This document shows, piece after piece, positions 7,776 through 13,471 of a stretch of 13,471 nucleotides of DNA. The number at the start of each line of letters is the position of its first letter. The stretch's first letter is position 1. The notes under the pieces were generated by a model. The model had not been told where the DNA came from, made no database searches, and saw only the letters and a program-made list of their open reading frames with translations. The stretch spans positions 64,001 to 77,471 of the IMG/VR virus record IMGVR_UViG_3300037313_001751; one strand, written 5' to 3'. This DNA is from a virus (Duplodnaviria; Heunggongvirae; Uroviricota; Caudoviricetes). Position numbers and translations under genes: made by a program.

Positions 7776-8488
7776 TAGATGCCATACTCCTTACATAAAT
7801 TTGCTATTTGTTTCACGTCATCAATAGCTGACTGCATTTTTGACTTCCAGAAGTCAGGTTCAACTATGTCCTGAATTGAGTCCATTTGATTGTCATCAAA
7901 TCGATTCAAGAGTTGCATTGCTGGCTCGGAATAAACTATCCAAGGTGAGATGTGTCCATGTTGTATGTAGGTGACGGCGCGGTGAGTGTTCACATTCCGA
8001 AAGAAATTATACCATTTGTCAGCATTTTCGTTTGCCCAGGTATTCATCGTAAGGACTGCCCGTTCAAACGCCCGTAACGGTGGCTCTTTTCTGGTCTGGT
8101 CGCGAATCCAAGCCTTATAGATACGTAAATCTGTCCACTCTCGTTGCTTGAGGTTATTTTTTATAAGGTATGTGATGAAGTCATCCTGGTCAACAGCGTT
8201 GATATCCCGCAAATATTTACCGAAACTTACAAAAGAGGAATAAAACGGTGATTCGATGAATTGTTCGAAGTTCTTACGATTACCCTCTTTCGCGCGAAAG
8301 TTCAGCTCGTAAAATCGCTGAAATACATAGAAGCCAACTTTAACCACCTTGTCATCACGTTGTTGCCACCGCCTCTTCCGTTCACAGCTATGCGCTACCA
8401 GCGTTGATTCACGTGCAAATACCTTTCTGCAAAACTCGCATGATCTATCACTCCCGTCCTTGCTTATATTTTTTAAATTCTTCGACAA
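7775..8488 (-). CDS. Hypothetical protein with an N-terminal C2H2-like zinc finger; start uncertain
   Basis: CEFC-RKV-F-ARESTL-VA-H-S-C at 8440-8384. In-frame candidate starts are only TTG 8488, TTG 8539, TTG 8569 or ATG 8587, all inside the upstream gene. Confidence 0.75.
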   Translation of the reverse strand: MSKNLKNISKDGSDRSCEFCRKVFARESTLVAHSCERKRRWQQRDDKVVKVGFYVFQRFYELNFRAKEGNRKNFEQFIESPFYSSFVSFGKYLRDINAVDQDDFITYLIKNNLKQREWTDLRIYKAWIRDQTRKEPPLRAFERAVLTMNTWANENADKWYNFFRNVNTHRAVTYIQHGHISPWIVYSEPAMQLLNRFDDNQMDSIQDIVEPDFWKSKMQSAIDDVKQIANLCKEYGI

Positions 8489-8951
8489 TTTTGTTGATTT
8501 CGCTGTCTTCCATTGCGAGCCCTCGGCATAGGTGAACAAGTTTGTCTCGCGTAAAATTGCGTTTGACAAGTTCCAACTCCATATCACTTAAGCTAGGATT
8601 CAGCCCCAAAATCAGCTGGTCGAGTTTGTTAGTTATTAGCTTTGACGGCCCTTTGATCCATACATGCCTCTGTTTTTTCCCTGCGCCACAACTGGCGATC
8701 AACCTCCACAACAAATCGGGGTATTTGGCAAGAGAAAACGTGTATTCATTTACAATTTGGTTTACGGCATCCATGTAGTACTCAGCATTTTTATTATCGT
8801 CTGGTACTCCACTCATCCATCTTGCTATAATTAGTGGTTGAAACTCCGGTCTTTCAACGTCGGTTAATTCGTCGTAATAGGTAAGGTTATTTTCATCGGC
8901 GTTTTGCAGTAACTTCCACAAATCGAGATTGTATTTTTTCTTCTCCGGCAT
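8448..8951 (-). CDS. Probable clamp-loader small subunit (T4 gp62-like) or other replication accessory protein
   Basis: 167 aa, helical, with AGGAAGGA RBS. FQPLIIARWMS...VNQIVN...LLWRL...KKQRHVWIK resembles the gp62 pattern (by eye), and the replication-operon context agrees. Confidence 0.55.
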   Translation of the reverse strand: MPEKKKYNLDLWKLLQNADENNLTYYDELTDVERPEFQPLIIARWMSGVPDDNKNAEYYMDAVNQIVNEYTFSLAKYPDLLWRLIASCGAGKKQRHVWIKGPSKLITNKLDQLILGLNPSLSDMELELVKRNFTRDKLVHLCRGLAMEDSEINKIVEEFKKYKQGRE

Positions 8952-8991
8952 GAGGTCCTTCCTGTTACAGGGATTTAGACGGTTAGTTGAC

Positions 8992-8997
8992 TAAATA
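8992..8997 (+). promoter_or_regulatory. TAAATA late-promoter-like motif upstream of gene 9097
   Basis: TAAATA in the divergent intergenic region, about 100 nt before GTG 9097. Confidence 0.55.
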
Positions 8998-9096
8998 GGG
9001 GACGTCAACAATGATTTCGGCGCTCTAAAAGGGTTCCGTTTTTGTAGCAATCAAATAATTTGGTTGCAAATCATTTATAAAAATAGGAGAATTCCA

Positions 9097-10431
9097 GTGG
9101 GACGTCCGCTTTCGAAAAAACTTTTCGGCGATCCAAATTCAGCAACGAGGACATATCCAGCGGTAACATTGAGTGCAGCGTGGTTGCCGGGACAAGGCAG
9201 CGCCGCTACTAATCCAGTATATATTCTAAAGCAGACTGGGGTCAGCCGCTATCTGGTGACAGATGGAACAAACACAGGTGTTGTCTCCCTTGTTGGACAT
9301 GAACCGGCCGCTGCTGGTCAGGCAGCTATGTATGTTACGCCCTACGTTGCCGGTGCTGAATCCGGCGCTACATTCCAAGCCACCTATAAAGTCCTTACGG
9401 CTGCGCCTCATGCAGGCGCTGCGGGCTCTGGATATGTAACAGGCGATACGTTGAACATGGGTAACGGCGTTACTTTAACCGTGACTGCTAGTGGTGGCGC
9501 AATAACATCACTTGCGGTGTCGGCAGCTGGTTCAAAGGGTACAGTGAACACAGCGGCGAGGACAGCAGTTGCCCCAGTCTCAACAAGTGGCTCCGGCACC
9601 GGCGCAACAGTCGATATGACATGGGGACTAAATGGCATCACGGCTACAGGTGGTACTGGCTATACACAAGGCGAACAATTAACGTTTGTCGGCATTGCTG
9701 CAACGACAGCACCAACTGCTAGTATTGCGTCAGTAAATGGCTCCGGTGCACCACAAACCTTTACTATCACAGCTGGAACAAACATCACAACATCAGCAAC
9801 ATCGATCGTAACCGCCAATTCACAAATTAAAACCTATGCGAGGGTTTTGAAAAATAAGACTGTTAAAACCTGGGATGGAAAAATTTATTCGTGGGACCCG
9901 TATAATGCTGCAAGCGTAGCCGGCCAAGCGAACGTACCTCGTAATACAGGGACCGGCACCGAAGCATCGACGTATAATAGCGGTAGTGAATATATGAGCA
10001 TATCGGGTAGTGCGCCATATATCCAACCAAACCAAGGTGTGACAGCGAAGGCAAGCCAGATCCTGGCGACGGCCGGTGTGCCAGGAGGCGCTGGTAGCCA
10101 GTCGCAAGCAACTCCAAATACAGGCACTTCTGATGGTGGAGTATATAACCCTTCAACCACGCAGCGTAAAGCACCGCCGAGACGCGTCGCCGAGGCAACT
10201 AAGCGCAAAGAAAAGATGGCAAAAGCAAAAGCTGCTTTGAAAGCGAAATCGGCTGAGTTCCAGGCTAGGCAGAGCAAGACGGACTCTGTAAAACCGGTTG
10301 CACCAACACAGGAACCAGGCAAGGTTGATCCAAATGCGGGTCCACCACCTGAACTTGTGCAGCCCGACCCAGAGCCGGCGGCTCCTCACCTCGATCCTGC
10401 CGACATGGAGCATGCAACGCATCGATCATAA
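9097..10431 (+). CDS. Probable virion structural/decoration protein (MGRPL N-terminus) with a long low-complexity C-terminal tail
   Basis: GTG 9097 with AGGAG at 9085-9089 gives MGRPLSKKLFG. The G/T/A/S-rich beta region has repeated GSGYVTGDTL / GTGYTQGEQL motifs. The track start at TTG 9064 lacks an RBS. Confidence 0.65.
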   Translation: MGRPLSKKLFGDPNSATRTYPAVTLSAAWLPGQGSAATNPVYILKQTGVSRYLVTDGTNTGVVSLVGHEPAAAGQAAMYVTPYVAGAESGATFQATYKVLTAAPHAGAAGSGYVTGDTLNMGNGVTLTVTASGGAITSLAVSAAGSKGTVNTAARTAVAPVSTSGSGTGATVDMTWGLNGITATGGTGYTQGEQLTFVGIAATTAPTASIASVNGSGAPQTFTITAGTNITTSATSIVTANSQIKTYARVLKNKTVKTWDGKIYSWDPYNAASVAGQANVPRNTGTGTEASTYNSGSEYMSISGSAPYIQPNQGVTAKASQILATAGVPGGAGSQSQATPNTGTSDGGVYNPSTTQRKAPPRRVAEATKRKEKMAKAKAALKAKSAEFQARQSKTDSVKPVAPTQEPGKVDPNAGPPPELVQPDPEPAAPHLDPADMEHATHRS

Positions 10432-10435
10432 ACTA

Positions 10436-10461
10436 GAAGGCGGTTCGATTGAACCGCCTTC
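10436..10461. terminator. Hairpin terminator between convergent genes
   Basis: 11-bp perfect stem GAAGGCGGTTC-GATT-GAACCGCCTTC lying between stops at 10431 and 10470. Confidence 0.8.
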
Positions 10462-10469
10462 GCCTTGAT

Positions 10470-10997
10470 CTATACTAGCTGTGTAATATCGAGAGTTTCT
10501 GGAATTTTTGAAACCTCTCTCACGAAGAAAACACAGGTTGGCTTGGGCCCAGTTGTCAATGGTACTGCTAAGAGGTGGCCAAACTTCAGTTTAGGAAAAA
10601 ACCACTTAACGTCCTGGAAAACATTGATGATTTCGATGTCCATGAAATCAGGCATATATCCAGAGATTGGGTTAATTCCGAACACCTGGAATGGCCTGTC
10701 GTTCAGTTTTTTTAATTCGATTACCTCTAATTCCCCACTATTTTTGTCTCCGATTATCACTGACCAGTCAATTGGCATCTGTATGGTTGAGTTACCGATG
10801 CGCAACTCTACCGCTATTGAATTAAACGATTCAAGGAACACGAGCGGAATAAAAATGTAATCTATATTTTTGATATCGCTGTAGTCCAGGACGCAATATC
10901 GTATATCCTTGAGCACATCGGACAATTGCTCGTCGTCAACGAAATCAGGAATGTTATTCATCGAATATGCTTCGTTTTCGACTGTCAAAATATTCAT
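10470..10997 (-). CDS. Hypothetical beta-rich protein, possibly a degenerate Hint/intein fold
   Basis: 175 aa with an ATGA overlap with the helicase C-half. The CDS itself is confident; the fold is inference only. Confidence 0.8.
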   Translation of the reverse strand: MNILTVENEAYSMNNIPDFVDDEQLSDVLKDIRYCVLDYSDIKNIDYIFIPLVFLESFNSIAVELRIGNSTIQMPIDWSVIIGDKNSGELEVIELKKLNDRPFQVFGINPISGYMPDFMDIEIINVFQDVKWFFPKLKFGHLLAVPLTTGPKPTCVFFVREVSKIPETLDITQLV

Positions 10998-11860
10998 TGC
11001 GAAATGCCTTGTGCCAATTGTTCGATGTAATTCACTTTTTGCAGGGTGTATGGGTATTCGGCTTTCCGATAGAACTTCTTCCTTGCGTTTAGGTGTTTCG
11101 CCGAGAATCTACACGTGCTTGCAATATCGAAGATTTGGACCCTATCTTTGTCACGTGCAATTCTGATACTACGTCCTATACTCTGGATGACGCGAATGAA
11201 ACTTTTGCCAGGTTCTACGATAATCAGGTTGAAAATCCGTGGAATGTTAATTCCAACACTCGCCACTCCATATGTTGCAATAATGATCTTATTGTCACTA
11301 TCGGACATGTCAAGGTAAGCGGTCTTCCGGACGTCAGTTTTTGTCGTGCCGCTGACGAAAACGCTGCCTTTTACCCGTTTCTGCAATTCACTGCCAGTCT
11401 CAATCCGATTGACAAGGACAAGTGTATTTCCTGTTGTTGCCGTCTGTCCGATCAGACTGCTTATCCAATCTAGTCGGGATTTATTGGTTACGAGATATTC
11501 ATATTCGGAATGAAAGTCTTCATATTCCACAGTATCAAGCATTTGAACAAGATTGACGTGGCATTTTGCCAACACACCTAGGTCCATCAAGGTTTTCGCA
11601 GCGAGTTGTTTTACAACTGGACCAATGCTGCATAAAATTGACATAGCATTGTAGTCTTCTGGTGGAATTGTCCCAGTTAGGCCCCACCTAATTGGCACGT
11701 GTGAAAAGGGGCCAGTAAGGACGTTTTTCAACACTTCGGCTTTGGCCTGGTGGCAATTTGCAACCATCAAACCGTTTGCAATATAATTGTGGTTCTTTTC
11801 GACATGGAGGTTGTACAATAGATCGGGCTTCTCGATAATCCGCATAGCCTTAATTTTCAT
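10994..11860 (-). CDS. uvsW: UvsW-like SF2 helicase, C-terminal half, fused to split-intein IntC
   Basis: After 35 intein residues the protein continues CHQAK (end of DECH), then WGLTGT (motif III), LVLVNR (IV), ATYGVASVGINIP (V) and IQSIGRSIR (VI). Confidence 0.93.
   Translation of the reverse strand: MKIKAMRIIEKPDLLYNLHVEKNHNYIANGLMVANCHQAKAEVLKNVLTGPFSHVPIRWGLTGTIPPEDYNAMSILCSIGPVVKQLAAKTLMDLGVLAKCHVNLVQMLDTVEYEDFHSEYEYLVTNKSRLDWISSLIGQTATTGNTLVLVNRIETGSELQKRVKGSVFVSGTTKTDVRKTAYLDMSDSDNKIIIATYGVASVGINIPRIFNLIIVEPGKSFIRVIQSIGRSIRIARDKDRVQIFDIASTCRFSAKHLNARKKFYRKAEYPYTLQKVNYIEQLAQGISQ
11756..11860 (-). mobile_element. Split intein C-fragment (IntC, 35 aa)
   Basis: MKIKAMRIIEKPDLLYNLHVEKNHNYIANGLMVAN|C carries blocks F and G, a terminal Asn and a +1 Cys. 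It begins with Met at the canonical split position, as in Npu DnaE and gp41-1 IntC. Confidence 0.92.
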
Positions 11861-11930
11861 CGACTCAACCGAATCCTTTCAAAAATGTCTGTTCGAAGAT
11901 TACTGTTAACTATGAAACTTCGGCTAGCCT

Positions 11931-12008
11931 TTAGATACGCCTTGCCAAAAATCCTAGGACAATCGTTAAATTCAACGCTCTAATAACCCTTTCGTTTCTT
12001 TTGCTCAT
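11931..12008 (-). pseudogene. 25-codon ORF with an RBS at the intein split point; possible remnant of an inserted (homing endonuclease) gene
   Basis: AAGGA-TATTA-ATG at 12008 gives MSKRNERVIRALNLTIVLGFLARRI, stop at 11933-11931; it overlaps the IntN tail in another frame. Confidence 0.35.
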
Positions 12009-13050
12009 TAATATCCTTTATTTCGATATCCACTATCTCATCGTTTGTTGAAAGGTCCTGGACTTGTTTCCAACCCGATGTCGTTTTGACCTTATGGTTG
12101 CCGGTAACGTGCAAAAAGGTACCGTCTTCCATTTCTAGCTCATACATTTCAGCTGCAATTGACGGCGTGAGATTGGTGTGAACGCGTACGACAGAATCCT
12201 CAACAATCTCTCCAGTATCTTCATCTACAGAATATACTGCGTCACCCGGCTTAAAGTCTTCAATGGCTCTGTGGCCTTCGGGAGTTGCAACAAGAGTTCC
12301 AGCTGCAAAACATTCGTCAACTATAACACAGGCAACGTCCCTAACGAATTCAGCCAGTGCGATTTGCGCTGACCCGTCTAGATTTGTTTTGATTAGTCGG
12401 TCGAGGCTCTGCCATGTACAAATGACATGTTTGTGCTTGTAATCCTTCTTTTCACCAAAGTAGACCCCGACATCTAATCCGATGTTTTCGTAATCGGAAA
12501 GGGTTTGTTTAACGAGATCTTTATTAGGCACAATGATGATTGTGCGCCCGTGCTGTTCACATAGATGTGATAACGCCGCACAGATGATAGTTTTACCGCT
12601 GCCTGTCGAGATTTCTTGTACGCTTTGTTTATTGGCAAGCGCTGTTTTTATAACCTCTACCTGGTAATCTCGGAGGATTATTGGCTGGCCAGCGGCTGGA
12701 TGATGCTTTGGCCACGTTAACCCAGGAAACGCGTCTGAAAAATATTCGGTGTCGATTTCGGGAAATTCATAGTTATGGTCAGGCCGATGATCTTCTAGTT
12801 CAAATGTGTAGCCAGCATCGATTATGATCTGCCATACTTTTTCAAGGACGTTAACAAACGTATTGCCGTTAATAGCGAAAAAGCTTACACAGCCATCCCA
12901 CCTGCCCAGCCGATAAGCTGGAGTGTGCCGCGCTGCGTGGATAAAGAACTTAAGTGCCTTGTTACACGCACGGCGAGTCGTTGGGTCTAATCCTACAAAA
13001 GAGGCGTTGCATTGATCATGGATCACTATTTTACAATGTTTGGTAGGCAT
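11980..13050 (-). CDS. uvsW: UvsW-like SF2 helicase, N-terminal half, fused to split-intein IntN
   Basis: PAYRLGRWDG, LRDYQ (Q motif), STGSGKT (Walker A), IIVPNKDLVKQ, then VIVDE|CFAAGT. Ends at TAG 11982-11980. ATG at 13050 is preceded by TTG 13053. Confidence 0.93.
   Translation of the reverse strand: MPTKHCKIVIHDQCNASFVGLDPTTRRACNKALKFFIHAARHTPAYRLGRWDGCVSFFAINGNTFVNVLEKVWQIIIDAGYTFELEDHRPDHNYEFPEIDTEYFSDAFPGLTWPKHHPAAGQPIILRDYQVEVIKTALANKQSVQEISTGSGKTIICAALSHLCEQHGRTIIIVPNKDLVKQTLSDYENIGLDVGVYFGEKKDYKHKHVICTWQSLDRLIKTNLDGSAQIALAEFVRDVACVIVDECFAAGTLVATPEGHRAIEDFKPGDAVYSVDEDTGEIVEDSVVRVHTNLTPSIAAEMYELEMEDGTFLHVTGNHKVKTTSGWKQVQDLSTNDEIVDIEIKDINEQKKRKGY
11983..12312 (-). mobile_element. Split intein N-fragment (IntN, 110 aa)
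   Basis: Block A CFAAGTLVATPEG...IEDFKPGD and block B LHVTGNHKV...GWKQVQDL; no endonuclease domain. Confidence 0.92.
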
Positions 13051-13121
13051 CAAAATCCGGTTTGTTGTTGTTATTCAGGATTTTGCTGAAGCAGCAGCTT
13101 AGACGTCTATATTGAGCCCCG

Positions 13122-13127
13122 TATTTA
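13122..13127 (-). promoter_or_regulatory. TAAATA motif upstream of the helicase N-half
   Basis: TAAATA on the minus strand about 70 nt before ATG 13050. Confidence 0.45.
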
Positions 13128-13224
13128 AGCTGCCAGCAGCGCTAGCGTTGAGCTAACCCGCTGCACTGCGCGTAAAAAAGCCCCTAAGCGGGTCCTGTAG
13201 CGTGGTCCAGCCGTTGCAGTTGTG

Positions 13225-13471
13225 CTAGCTGTTGCTAGCAGGCAAACCCGCTAGTGCGGATGCAAAAGCTGCGCTACCTATCGGCTTGGCATTACTAGCA
13301 AGGCGATACAGCGTTGCGTCAGATGCATCGCACACCAGCACATATAAGTAAACCGTCCAGTCAGTAATTGGTCTATCGACAACATTTCGCATAAACCAGT
13401 ACCATTCACCTTTGATATTGTCGGCAAGCATAGCTAACTCGGCGAGCTGTACACCGTCGTTAGGCTGGTGG
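13225..13471 (-). CDS. Small hypothetical protein, probably 5'-truncated by the window edge
   Basis: The frame is open from the right edge (HQPNDGVQLAELAMLADNIKGEWYW...). YVLVCDASDATLYRLA resembles the common phage small-protein motif F-x4-DA-x2-F-x-L. ATG 13431 may be internal. Confidence 0.6.
   Translation of the reverse strand, partial: HQPNDGVQLAELAMLADNIKGEWYWFMRNVVDRPITDWTVYLYVLVCDASDATLYRLASNAKPIGSAAFASALAGLPASNS

Noticed and set aside
11870-11890. Programmed frameshift at ATTTTTGAAAGG into the IntC frame
   Set aside because: It would also need TAG readthrough upstream, a -1 slip on the T-run lands on TGA, and IntC has its own Met at the canonical position.
11857-11982. Amber recoding (TAG read as Gln) or readthrough joining the helicase halves
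   Set aside because: Readthrough still ends at TGA 11859-11857, out of frame with IntC. TAG is a clean terminator for genes ending at 5027, 6399, 7446 and 10470, so code 11 fits.
1572-12372. Antisense or alternate-frame ORFs in the track (1572, 1588, 1784, 2036, 2320, 2946, 4613, 6585, 6835, 7111, 8349, 8542, 9226, 9408, 9820, 9863, 9885, 10153, 10465, 10909, 11093, 11115, 12178)
   Set aside because: All lie wholly or largely over well-supported genes and show no recognisable motifs. They are shadows of the real coding frames.
13174-13195. Terminator-like GGGGC + U6 on the minus strand
   Set aside because: Only about 3 bp of stem can form, too weak to call. At best it is a degenerate terminator.
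1-13471. CRISPR array, tRNA, rRNA, transposase, integrase
   Set aside because: No regularly spaced direct repeats, cloverleaf or matching motifs were seen.

Overview
This is a 13.5-kb segment of a large lytic tailed-phage genome with T4-type replication genes. The gene set is reminiscent of Rak2/GAP32/Atu_ph07-like jumbo myophages and related freshwater phages; that assignment is from recall, not from a search. Minus-strand replication block: a UvsW-like SF2 helicase, a conserved hypothetical, a gp62-like clamp-loader subunit, a zinc-finger protein, two hypotheticals and a 194-aa miniature DnaE (Pol III alpha) core. Further left are a TGT/DpdA-fold transglycosylase, a gp61-like primase and a gp41/DnaB-like helicase; the last is missing from the supplied ORF track and runs off the left edge. 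Interspersed are two probable virion proteins and a sigma70-driven helical-repeat protein with apolipoprotein/phasin-like features. The strongest signal is that the UvsW helicase is fractured inside its DE|CH motif into two genes carrying the N- and C-halves of a naturally split intein. The halves are separated by a 119-bp spacer that looks like the scar of a lost inserted gene. A second intein sits in the gp41 P-loop, and a possible catalytically dead Hint-fold gene is translationally coupled to the split helicase. TAAATA late-promoter-like motifs mark most intergenic gaps. The standard genetic code fits. No tRNA, rRNA or CRISPR array was seen. All assignments come from motif reading by eye; no database search was run.
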